Assembly (NCBI GenBank): GCA_026127935.1
Contig: JAJSLL010000007.1
Span: 4,574-68,573, forward strand
Length of the DNA: 64,000 nt
Origin: Thermoplasmatales archaeon
Lineage (GTDB): Archaea; Thermoplasmatota; Thermoplasmata; Thermoplasmatales; GCA-001856825
Direction: 5' to 3'
In this document: positions 9,234-17,882 of the stretch, in pieces
How positions within the stretch are numbered: the stretch's first letter is position 1
How the letters are laid out: the number at the start of each line of letters is the position of its first letter
Notes under the pieces: model-generated
Told to the model about the DNA's origin: nothing
What the model saw: the letters and a program-made list of their open reading frames with translations, nothing else
Database searches by the model: none
Program-made: the position numbers and the translations under genes

Positions 9234-9694
9234 GGGATATACAATACATATCCAATAATAAACTTTCTGTTCGGTCAACATAAAAGAAAAACTAATGAAC
9301 TGCTATACAACTCTATGCGGAAATCACAAGAACTTGTCAAATTCTTAACACTTTCCATATTCGAGAATTAAATGAGGTTAAAGAAAGAGGGCTTTATGCA
9401 TCTTATGAAAAAGGGCGATTCTTCTATCTCAGAGTTAAAGCGATTTAACTTGATTATTTAGAGAATCTTGCGTGCACTCTAGCCGAAGAACTTGAAAGTG
9501 TGTAGTGTTTCTCAAAAAAAATTCGAAGATGCCAGAGGCAACCAGAGATAGAAAGGGTAACATACAGGAGAGAATAAGGAAACGTTGAAGAAAAGGATCA
9601 AAATGATACGTTCAAATAATAACAAAAGAATTCAGAAAAGAAACGAATGTCTTCCTGGTTTTGGTATTGTGGATAACTTCCTCCATTTAGAAAA

Positions 9695-10599
9695 CTAGGT
9701 GCCTGTGCCGCCAGATGCAACCCATATATAGCTAGCAGAATAATCACTAGATTCCCACGTGAAATCTAGGTTATTCTCGCTTCCACCGGGTGAGCCGAAG
9801 AATTGAGAGTTCGCATTAGATACATCTAGGTATTGTGATATCCAGTATCTGTTGGACGTCATCACGTTCCACTCGTTATAGAGACTATATGATACGCCAT
9901 TCGTTGTAAAATCGGTATCTTCAAAAATTACATCAGAGAATTTTGGAAGTTGCGCATATATGCTATTATAATAAAAAGGTGTTTCGACCACCCACTGTGT
10001 GTAATAGGATGGGTTGTAGTAGTATATGAATACGATGGCATCTGTTGGCCGTTGGTCAAATCATCGTAAACATAATTATACTGTGAGCCAGTAAACGTAA
10101 TGCTCACTTCCACCAAATCGCCAGGGTTCGGCACGATTGATGAGTAGGTTAATTCTCCATAATTTCCAAAGAACATCGAATAATAGACCTTTCCATTTGA
10201 AGATACGTTTCCCTGAATTCCAATCTGCATAAAGAAAGCGCCATTCCCTCCGCTTTCGGGGCTCAAACCTATCCACGCAGAAACTGTAGGGTAATAGGAA
10301 AACTGATAGTAACTCTCGTATTACACAGTCGGAACTTGAATTATTGCTGAAACTTGTGTTATTAATGCGGTATTTCCAATTTCAAATCCTATCCAGTTGA
10401 CGGTTGTCGTCTGACTTGCAGCACTATCATTCGTTGAATTACTCGTTGAATTTACAATTCCTTCTGCCGGAGATTCATTTGTTAAGTCGTGCTTGGGCAT
10501 AATCGATGAGACTGGTTGATTGCGAGTTAACATAAACACAGAAAATGCCGAAGCAATTATTATAATCACAATAAAAATTGCGATTACTTTTCTATTCAT
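9695..10599 (-). pseudogene. Secreted G1-family glutamic peptidase (eqolisin/Peptidase_A4-like), disrupted
   Basis: Reassembled frame: signal/TM MNRKVIAIFIVIIII, NWIGF, in-frame TAA at 10321-10323, SAWIGL, FMQIG (catalytic Q), PGDLV, 1 bp frameshift in a TG repeat at about 9996-10002, then QWVVETP (catalytic E) and QLPKF. Confidence 0.75.
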
Positions 10600-10733
10600 T
10601 CTCGTCACTCTTTATCTCCTTTACTATATTTATCCTTTCCCCCTGGGCAGTCCTGTCTGTTTATAAGAATTATGACGTTAAATTGTTGATCAGAAGACGA
10701 ACTCTATGAAGCAATCATTGAATGTATCTTCTT

Positions 10734-10745
10734 TCGGAGATACTG
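10734..10745 (-). repeat. Right terminal inverted repeat
   Basis: TCGGAGATACTG followed by TSD GTTAT (10746-10750). Confidence 0.85.
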
Positions 10746-10789
10746 GTTATTCAATTAATTTTATTAGCAGGTACAAATTATACTAGTCC

Positions 10790-11365
10790 ATGGAAAAGAT
10801 AGCTTCCAAAAAAAGCCTAAACGTAGCTGGAGTTCTGCTTTTTGTTTTTGCCGTTCAATTTACCATTATGCTGTTTATCACAGAGGCACTCTATCACGGC
10901 TACAGCATTGCAAACAATTACATCAGTGATCTCGGAGTCGGACCAACGGGATTCCTCTTCGACACGTCCATTTCTGTCCTTGGGATTGCTGTTATAGCAT
11001 CAGCATTCTTTGTGTATCGCGGTTTCAACGTAAAGGTGTTCCCCATCCTGTTAGGGCTGACCGGTGTAGGTGCACTTCTGGTTGGTGTTTTCAATGAGAA
11101 CTATGGAGCGCTTCACGGATATGTTTCGGACTTAACATTCATAATGGGACCATTGACCGCAATCTACGCCTACAGGTACCAGACCTCTCCCTTTAAGTTC
11201 ATGTCGGTCGCTCTTGGAGTGGTCTCGTACATCGCAATCATCTTCTTCATGTTCTTTGGGTCACCCCTTATAGGCGTCGGCGGTTGGGAGAGGCTGATCG
11301 TTTATCCCTTCCTACTATGGGGAATAGGTTACGGGGCATTCTTGACGGGATTGTCTTACAAGTAG
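10790..11365 (+). CDS. DUF998 family membrane protein
   Basis: YHGYSIANNYISDLG, GALLVGVFNE..LH, GGWERLIVYP. Confidence 0.85.
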   Translation: MEKIASKKSLNVAGVLLFVFAVQFTIMLFITEALYHGYSIANNYISDLGVGPTGFLFDTSISVLGIAVIASAFFVYRGFNVKVFPILLGLTGVGALLVGVFNENYGALHGYVSDLTFIMGPLTAIYAYRYQTSPFKFMSVALGVVSYIAIIFFMFFGSPLIGVGGWERLIVYPFLLWGIGYGAFLTGLSYK

Positions 11366-11428
11366 ATTGCAGAAAATTTGCGGCCAATTGCTTGGAAGTC
11401 AGAGGATGGTTAGAACTGACTAACCCTG

Positions 11429-12571
11429 TTATTCCTCATCGTGATCTGGAAGGCTCAGGACCTTCACATTTGAGAGACTCGGACCAATTATCCCTTGAAG
11501 ATCTCCGAACATCCCCGAGATGCTTCCAATAGCTTTGTCTATCTCCTTCGTTCTCTTGGCCCATTGTCTCTCCATCGACCTCTTTTCCGATTCTATGTCG
11601 TTTCTCATCCGCACTATACCATCCGCCACTGCTTCAACCCTCTGCCTGAACTGCGTGCTGGTGAGGTAATGGTAGAGAATGTCCTTGGTTTCATTGCTGC
11701 TCTCTCCCAACCTCCTCTGCCTTGCAAGCTCGATCAGGTTCATTCTTGCAATGATTGCGAGTGGGACCGCGTTCTCAAAATTTGTGACGAGAATCCCGTT
11801 CTTCACCCCAAACGTAGAGATGTCTCTCGGCAGAGACTTCGTGACTATTACCCCCGTCTCCGCATTATAGTTTACGAGATCTCCCTTGAGTTTCATTATC
11901 CATTCATCCTTCCATTCCTTCGTCCTCTTTGTCTCCCACGCTATTATTCCCGAGTCTATTCCAGCCGAATTCTTCACAGTGTGTATGAGATCCGGGCCCT
12001 TTGTCCCCTGAGTTACTGGCACGACCGCATCCATTGGGAATGCACCCCTCAACCTGTCCTCTAGCTCCTCCTCGAGGACCTCCCCCTGAAGCTGCTGTGA
12101 GCCCTGCTCGATTTTTTGCTTCAGGTCCTGAACCTGCTTCATCAGACTCTCGTTGGTTTGCTGAATCTCCCTGCTCTTGAGATTGAATTCTTCATTATAC
12201 TCCCTCCTCAAGCTTTCTCTCATCTTCACTTTCTCTTCGTCCAGCAGTCTTTCCGATGCGATTTTCTGTTCCCTGAGATTCTCCTCCAGTTCCATCCTCT
12301 TCTTCCTCTCTTCGCTCTCCCTCTTCTGACTTTCCTGCAGATGCCTTTCCTTTATCGATATGCTGTCCTCCATCTGAGAAAACTTTGAATTGAACTCTTC
12401 CCCAAGTCTCTCCTTCAATTTCTCTCTCTCATCGACGATTTTCTTTTCCATCTCTGATTTGAACTTCTTTTCGTACAGTTCGTTTGCCTTTGATTCTATG
12501 GACTCTCTCAGTGCGGTTGAAACTGGAATCTCGGCTCCACACTTAGAGCAAGTTACTGTGTCTTCGGCCAT
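11429..12571 (-). CDS. DUF2130 family protein (Zn ribbon, coiled coil, nuclease-like domain)
   Basis: N-terminal CSKC, long charged coiled coil, QGSQQLQGEVLE..FPMD, KGPDLIH..WETKRTKEW..WIMKLKGD. Confidence 0.8.
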   Translation of the reverse strand: MAEDTVTCSKCGAEIPVSTALRESIESKANELYEKKFKSEMEKKIVDEREKLKERLGEEFNSKFSQMEDSISIKERHLQESQKRESEERKKRMELEENLREQKIASERLLDEEKVKMRESLRREYNEEFNLKSREIQQTNESLMKQVQDLKQKIEQGSQQLQGEVLEEELEDRLRGAFPMDAVVPVTQGTKGPDLIHTVKNSAGIDSGIIAWETKRTKEWKDEWIMKLKGDLVNYNAETGVIVTKSLPRDISTFGVKNGILVTNFENAVPLAIIARMNLIELARQRRLGESSNETKDILYHYLTSTQFRQRVEAVADGIVRMRNDIESEKRSMERQWAKRTKEIDKAIGSISGMFGDLQGIIGPSLSNVKVLSLPDHDEE

Positions 12572-12721
12572 GATCTATCCAATTTCCCAGACCATTAATT
12601 ATTTTTTGATGTTGTCAAGAATCTGAGCATGCGAGGATGCTGAATATCTCTCTATGTCAAAGGAGTAAGGAAGAAATTTTAATATATCAATTTCCATCAC
12701 CCCAACTGAGGAGGTGCCCTC

Positions 12722-12781
12722 ATGTTGGCAAAGAGAAGACCGGATGATGACGAAGACTATGAGGATGATGAAGATTTCTGA
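12722..12781 (+). CDS. Putative 19-aa small protein MLAKRRPDDDEDYEDDEDF
   Basis: TATA-like TTTAATATA at 12678-12686, SD GGAGGTG at 12710-12716 five nt before ATG 12722, stop TGA 12779-12781. Confidence 0.5.
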   Translation: MLAKRRPDDDEDYEDDEDF

Positions 12782-13244
12782 ACCTTTTTTAAGAAGAGGC
12801 TCCATCAAGGACATTGAGGAAATAACAAGAATAGAGAACAGGGCGTTTGGAAGTCATGCGTATGACTACCCCTCTCTGAGATACATGCTGGAGATAGCCA
12901 ATTCTGTAACGGTAGTGGCTGTCTTGGAAAATAAGATCGTTGGATATGCTTCTGTCTATTTCAGGAAAAACTCTAAAATATCTCACCTTGAAAGCATAGC
13001 AGTGGACCCTGATTTCCAGGGGAGAAGAATTGGGAAAGTCCTTCTTGAAGAAGTCGAGAAAATATCCGTAGAAATGAAATGCACTCTCATAATTCTGGAG
13101 ACGTTTGAGAGGAACATTGCTGCACGAAAGCTCTACAAGAACAGTGGATATGCGAACGAGTTGCTGGTCCCGGACTATTACCGTACCCCTTACGACGGTT
13201 CAAAGAACGCGATAAGACTTTCAAAGTCGCTTCAAGTGAAATGA
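12759..13244 (+). CDS. RimI/Ard1-like GNAT N-acetyltransferase
   Basis: HLESIAVDPDFQGRRIGKVLL, N..ARKLYKNSGY, PDYY..A; true start among ATG 12744-12768 is uncertain. Confidence 0.85.
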   Translation: MRMMKISEPFLRRGSIKDIEEITRIENRAFGSHAYDYPSLRYMLEIANSVTVVAVLENKIVGYASVYFRKNSKISHLESIAVDPDFQGRRIGKVLLEEVEKISVEMKCTLIILETFERNIAARKLYKNSGYANELLVPDYYRTPYDGSKNAIRLSKSLQVK

Positions 13245-13273
13245 TTATTTAGCCAAGTTGAATTCTCCTGAGA

Positions 13274-13696
13274 ATGATTAGGGTTCTCGCAACCGGAGTT
13301 TTCGACATACTTCATCCGGGTCATGTCCATTTCCTGACCGAGGCAAAGAAACTTGGAGATGAGCTGGTAGTGGTAGTTGCAAGGGATTCGGTTGCTCAGA
13401 AAATGAAGAGATTGCCTTTCATACCGGAGAATATCAGGGTGGCTATGGTTGACTCACTGAAACCCGTTGACAGGGCGATACTGGGAGTCGAGGGGAACAT
13501 TTACGATATTCTGAGTGAAGTGAGGCCCGATATAGTAGCACTTGGGTATGATCAGGAATTCAATCCTGATGAAATTGTGGAAGAGGGAAAGAAGAGGGGA
13601 CTTGAACTAAAGGTTGTGAAAGTTTCCCAGTATTCGGAGAACGAATTTAACGGGACAAGAAAAATAATAAAGTTGCTCAAGACGAGATCATTGTAA
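13274..13696 (+). CDS. ribL: Archaeal FAD synthetase (FMN adenylyltransferase)
   Basis: ATGVFDILHPGH (HxGH), VVVVARD, PDIVALGYDQ. Confidence 0.85.
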   Translation: MIRVLATGVFDILHPGHVHFLTEAKKLGDELVVVVARDSVAQKMKRLPFIPENIRVAMVDSLKPVDRAILGVEGNIYDILSEVRPDIVALGYDQEFNPDEIVEEGKKRGLELKVVKVSQYSENEFNGTRKIIKLLKTRSL

Positions 13697-14425
13697 ATTC
13701 CATTCTTTCATAGAAGCCGCCCTTTCTCCGATGAATGAAATTGCGTTGGCAAGGTTCCTTGAATTGTCAAATGAGGCAGCGCGATCTATAAAATCGGTCT
13801 GCTTGAAATTCGCGAAATTGTTGAAAGTGCGCTGAACATCGTCCACGATGCTTATGTCGGCAAACCTTGATGTTCTAGACAACGGGTTCAGGTCTATCGC
13901 TATCACAAACTTCCCCATCCTTCTGAGCGCCTCAGCCCTGTCTCCGTCCTCCAGAGGAATTACGACAGTGTCGGAAGAAAATATCCCATTCCTCTCGCAT
14001 TTCCCCCTGTTGCTATCTAGACCAGGTATCATTGCGTCTTGATTCAGTCCGAGAATTTCCAGCCCCATCTCCCTGAAAAAGGCAACTATCCTTTCGATTC
14101 TTTCCTTCGACCAGTAGAATATGTTAGCTTCAACAATAATGCCAAATTTTTTGGAAAACTTCACTATCTCTGGGCCGGCAAGTGCTGCTGCGTTACCGTT
14201 AACAGATATCACAGCTTTCTTAGATTTCAGTATCTTGTCAACGGCAGCCCTCTCCGCCTCAACCGAAAATTCCTGACTCTTCTCCCCGATCAGATAATCA
14301 AACGCCTCTCCCCTTCCCTGAGAGATCAATCCGGATACCGTAACTATACCCTTTTCGTAAAAGCTCAAAAGTGTTTCCCTTTTCTTAAGGCTCTCATACC
14401 TTGGATGGCTCTTAGGTACTTCCAA
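13688..14425 (-). CDS. Phosphopantothenate synthetase (4-phosphopantoate--beta-alanine ligase)
   Basis: PKSHPRYESL, GRGEAFDYLIGE, ISVNGN, PLEDGDR, IDLNPLSRT. Confidence 0.92.
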   Translation of the reverse strand: MEVPKSHPRYESLKKRETLLSFYEKGIVTVSGLISQGRGEAFDYLIGEKSQEFSVEAERAAVDKILKSKKAVISVNGNAAALAGPEIVKFSKKFGIIVEANIFYWSKERIERIVAFFREMGLEILGLNQDAMIPGLDSNRGKCERNGIFSSDTVVIPLEDGDRAEALRRMGKFVIAIDLNPLSRTSRFADISIVDDVQRTFNNFANFKQTDFIDRAASFDNSRNLANAISFIGERAASMKEWNLQ

Positions 14426-15728
14426 TCTGTTCGCCTAGCCCTTCGTCGAGTTTTTCCAGAAATTCTTCTTCCCTGTCAAACGGTATCTCTCCACCCGCGG
14501 CAATGTTGTGCCCGCCCCCATGACCTCCTACCTTGGACGCCGCATCTCTCACTGCTTTTGAGAGGTCCAATCCCTTAGCAACCAGTTCCCTCGATGCCCG
14601 ACTCGATATCTTAGTCCTCTTGTTCTTTGATAGGGTCACGACGGGTTTGGCGCCACTGACCATGTATACCATCATTACACTAGCAGTGATCCCTGCTAGG
14701 AAAGGATTCTCCACATAAAACAGGTAGAAGTGCTTCATTTCCTTCCTTGACTCGTATGACTTCTTCACTTGTTCCAGTGCCTCTTTCCTGAGTTTCACTG
14801 AAAGAGCATCCATCTCCTCCTTACCCTCCTCATATCCCATATACCAGGCGGCGGGTAGCCCCATATTTCCGTTCCTTCCGGCCGCGTCAAAATATTCCGA
14901 GAGCTGAATGGCTGTCATTCCGAGTTCCTTGAAATTGAACATGTCTGATACCAGTGTTTCGTACCCTTCCCTCGCAGCATTTTGCTTGATCAGCTGCAGG
15001 GCTAGGGAATCCACTATCTTTTCCTTTTCATCGGTCCTCAGGTTTGCGATGGGAGAATCGGGGTCTATAGACATATTTTCAAGTAGGTACCTGGATCCTT
15101 CCTGACTCCCACTGAGTCCATCAAAGTAGGGTTCTATTGAGAGGTAAATCGCCTCTGAAATTGTCTTCCCGGAAAGGTTCAGTTCTTTGGAGCTGGGGTA
15201 TCTTGCCTTCAGGTCTTCTACTATTTTCCCGTTTATTCCATTGAACCCACCGATGTTCTGTTTGTCTCCTATGACGCCTGCAAGGAAGGCAGGAAAAAGG
15301 TCCTGATTTGATTGATCTATGGTTAAAGAAAGTATGAATGCAACCGTGCTTGAACACGCTTCCTTCGTCCCGTCATAACCAAACTTCCTGGGGTTGAGGT
15401 TTATGATCCTGTTTCCAGTTCCATCAGATATCGAGTGATGATCTATCACAACGACTGCGCTAGAACTCAGGTCCTCGGGCACGTCAGAACCGAGATCACT
15501 TAAAATGAGTGGCCCGTTTCCATACTCCCTTATCACATCCAGCTCCATCGATCTCAGAAACGAAACGTGAAAATTCTTGTTGACCCTCCGGAGTGTCTCC
15601 GCTATAATCAGGGCAGAAGAGACTCCGTCTGCGTCGTAATGGCTGAATACCCTGAAAAAATCCTCCTTATCAATTACTTTTCTGGCTTCCTCAAACTTCG
15701 ATGAATATGCTTCACTGAGGGAGATCAT
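14412..15728 (-). CDS. RecJ/Cdc45-like DHH phosphoesterase (rps15-linked)
   Basis: SHYDADG, SDLGS, IDHH, GVIGD, DHHA1 GGGHNIAAG; ATG 15728 overlaps the rps15 stop. Confidence 0.88.
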   Translation of the reverse strand: MISLSEAYSSKFEEARKVIDKEDFFRVFSHYDADGVSSALIIAETLRRVNKNFHVSFLRSMELDVIREYGNGPLILSDLGSDVPEDLSSSAVVVIDHHSISDGTGNRIINLNPRKFGYDGTKEACSSTVAFILSLTIDQSNQDLFPAFLAGVIGDKQNIGGFNGINGKIVEDLKARYPSSKELNLSGKTISEAIYLSIEPYFDGLSGSQEGSRYLLENMSIDPDSPIANLRTDEKEKIVDSLALQLIKQNAAREGYETLVSDMFNFKELGMTAIQLSEYFDAAGRNGNMGLPAAWYMGYEEGKEEMDALSVKLRKEALEQVKKSYESRKEMKHFYLFYVENPFLAGITASVMMVYMVSGAKPVVTLSKNKRTKISSRASRELVAKGLDLSKAVRDAASKVGGHGGGHNIAAGGEIPFDREEEFLEKLDEGLGEQIGST

Positions 15729-16180
15729 TTGAGAATTGATTCTGCAGTGGCCCTGGAATATTTCCAACCTGAAGGAAGCCTGCTCTTTCTCCTGTAATAG
15801 TCAGAAAGTCTCTTGATCTTTGCTTCCACGAGTTCAAGCCCTCTTCTGTTCTTGAGGTCCTTTGGATTGATACTCATGTGCTTGTTCAGGTTTATGGCCC
15901 TATTTATTAAGGCTGCGAGATCTTCAGGCACCTGATCCTTGACACCGCTTCCTTCAAGGATTTTCGAAATCCTCTCTCCCCTAATCTCCTTGACCTTAGG
16001 GATGCCATACTGATCTCTCAGGACCATTCCAAGTTTGGATTTGGTCAGACCTTCCTTCTTCAGCTTGATGATTAGTTGGTCCAGGTCTTCGTTGCCCATA
16101 GTAACCCATGCGGGCTTTCCCTCTCTTACTGGACGTTTTGATCCTGCTCTTCCTCTTTTCCTAGTATGCATCCTTGCCAT
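15725..16180 (-). CDS. rps15: 30S ribosomal protein uS15 (S15/S13e)
   Basis: MARMHTRKRGRAGSKRP..LRDQYGIP..PEDL..RRGLELVEAKIKRLSDYY. Confidence 0.97.
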   Translation of the reverse strand: MARMHTRKRGRAGSKRPVREGKPAWVTMGNEDLDQLIIKLKKEGLTKSKLGMVLRDQYGIPKVKEIRGERISKILEGSGVKDQVPEDLAALINRAINLNKHMSINPKDLKNRRGLELVEAKIKRLSDYYRRKSRLPSGWKYSRATAESILK

Positions 16181-16234
16181 TATTGCACCTTTCCCGTCCA
16201 TTTAATTTTAATACTTAAGTTTTGATAGGCTCGG

Positions 16235-17326
16235 GTGTACGATGTTCTCGTGATAGGCGCTGGACCTGCTGGATCCAACGTTTCCTATCAACTCTCCAGG
16301 AAGGGGTTCAGGGTGAGAATGGTCGATCTCAAGGAGAAGATCGGAATCCCCAACCACTGTTCAGGACTCGTGGACAAGAGGGTTGTCGATATCGTTGGAG
16401 AGGAGTTAGTCACTGATAGACCATCCATTGCGGAAATATCAACCCCGCTTGGTTCCTTTTCCCTTAAGTCGGAAAGAATGAGAGTAATAGACAGAGTGTT
16501 TCTCGATCAAAAACTCGCCTCAATGGCTGAATCGGAAGGGACTGAATTGTCTCTGCTTACATCTCTTACCGAATTCCACCAAAAAGAGGGCAGAGTAGTT
16601 TCAACTCTCAAGTCAAGAAAAGGTTTCGAGACCGTAGAGTCGAGATACATAATCGGGGCAGATGGACCGGCGAGTTCGGTCAGAAGGAGTTTGGGTATAA
16701 AATCACCAAAACTACTGAGTTCACTTCAGTTTGATCTGTCGAGGAAGTCGGATAGAGTAAAGATAAACCTAGACCGAAAGAAGACTCCGGATTTCTTTTC
16801 GTGGGAGATCCCCAACCAGAATGAAGTGGAGATCGGCGCCTCCGGATTGAACAGCGAACGAGCCGTAAGAGATATGGCGGGAGGCTCCCAGATCCTGAGG
16901 AAAAGAGGAGGACTGGTTCCGATCGGTCCTACGGAACTGGGGAGGGGAAATGGGTACCTGATCGGAGATGCTGCGGGACTCAGCAAGGCAACCACAGGCG
17001 GTGGTCTCTATGCCGCTCTGAACTCCGGAAACTCACTCTCTAGTGCCATTGAAAATGGAAACGATGTGCTGCTCGGATACCAGAGAAAGTGGAAGAATTT
17101 CTTTGGAGCAGAGGTAAGCAGAGATTTCAAGATAAGACGACTTCTGGACAGATACGAGAAATATTATTCGCTTTGGGTCCCGCTTGCAAGTTCAAGCATC
17201 TCGGGAATCAACAGGGTTGGAGACGTGGACTACCCATCCAAGACTATGCTGTACATGCTCTATTCACTGCCCTTGAGATTTCCATTGGCTCTCATGGAGT
17301 TTGTTTCGAAGTCCATCTCTTCGTAA
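16235..17326 (+). CDS. Geranylgeranyl reductase-family FAD oxidoreductase
   Basis: YDVLVIGAGPAGS, PNHCSG, IIGADG, IGDAAG..TTGGG. Confidence 0.8.
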   Translation: MYDVLVIGAGPAGSNVSYQLSRKGFRVRMVDLKEKIGIPNHCSGLVDKRVVDIVGEELVTDRPSIAEISTPLGSFSLKSERMRVIDRVFLDQKLASMAESEGTELSLLTSLTEFHQKEGRVVSTLKSRKGFETVESRYIIGADGPASSVRRSLGIKSPKLLSSLQFDLSRKSDRVKINLDRKKTPDFFSWEIPNQNEVEIGASGLNSERAVRDMAGGSQILRKRGGLVPIGPTELGRGNGYLIGDAAGLSKATTGGGLYAALNSGNSLSSAIENGNDVLLGYQRKWKNFFGAEVSRDFKIRRLLDRYEKYYSLWVPLASSSISGINRVGDVDYPSKTMLYMLYSLPLRFPLALMEFVSKSISS

Positions 17327-17367
17327 ATGTGGCTCCTGCGTTATTCACCAGGATCGAGTTGAAACAT

Positions 17368-17811
17368 TCAGTCCTTTATTGTCTTGAAGACGAGGTGCGA
17401 AAATGTGGCTTCGACTCCAGAGTAACCCCTTATCTTGTTAACAACCTTTTCACCCAGTTCCCTCAGATTTCTTGCCCTGACTTTTGCAATTATGTCAAAC
17501 TCTCCCGCAATGATATGGACTTCCTCTACACCTCCAAGTTTTGAGATGGCTTGGGCCAGTTCTTCCTGGGTGGTGCTACCCTTCCTCTTGAACGAAATGA
17601 AAACGTAAGCGAGTACGTCAAGTCCTAGCGATTCATAGTTCAGTTTCAGCGTGAATTTGCGAATGATCCCCGTCTTGACCAATCTTTCAATTCTCTGGGC
17701 TACTGTTACTCTGTTCAGATTTAACCCATCCGCTATGTCCGTTATGCGGTCCCTCCCATTCTCAATTAGATAATTAACAATTTGATTATCAATTTCATCA
17801 AATTCTTTCAT
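17368..17811 (-). CDS. Lrp/AsnC family transcriptional regulator
   Basis: DEIDNQIVNYL..NGR HTH, RIERLVKTGII, EEVHIIAGEFDII RAM domain. Confidence 0.92.
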   Translation of the reverse strand: MKEFDEIDNQIVNYLIENGRDRITDIADGLNLNRVTVAQRIERLVKTGIIRKFTLKLNYESLGLDVLAYVFISFKRKGSTTQEELAQAISKLGGVEEVHIIAGEFDIIAKVRARNLRELGEKVVNKIRGYSGVEATFSHLVFKTIKD

Positions 17812-17882
17812 AATGTAATACAATCAGCATAAATATAAGTGTTTCCATACATATTGTGAACCAAGAATGAGCTTAAAGTAAT

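Larger units (their letters stand above)
7925..10745. mobile_element. ISH3/IS4-type transposon with passenger DNA (2,821 bp)
   Basis: Perfect 12 bp terminal inverted repeats CAGTATCTCCGA (7925-7936) and TCGGAGATACTG (10734-10745), flanked by direct repeat GTTAT (7920-7924 and 10746-10750); encloses a DDE transposase. Confidence 0.8.

Noticed and set aside
9669-9677. Perfect bacterial DnaA-box sequence (TTATCCACA on the minus strand)
   Set aside because: Single 9-mer in an archaeal context with no origin features; noted only as part of the internal inverted repeat
10321-10323. Programmed stop read-through or recoding in the peptidase gene
   Set aside because: The stop is TAA (not a Sec or Pyl codon) and a separate frameshift is also present, so decay or sequencing error is simpler
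12744-12781. Two ATGATGA motifs plus CTGA resembling a box C/D sRNA
   Set aside because: The guide segments would be only about 6-8 nt; the pattern is better explained by Asp/Glu codons of the small ORF
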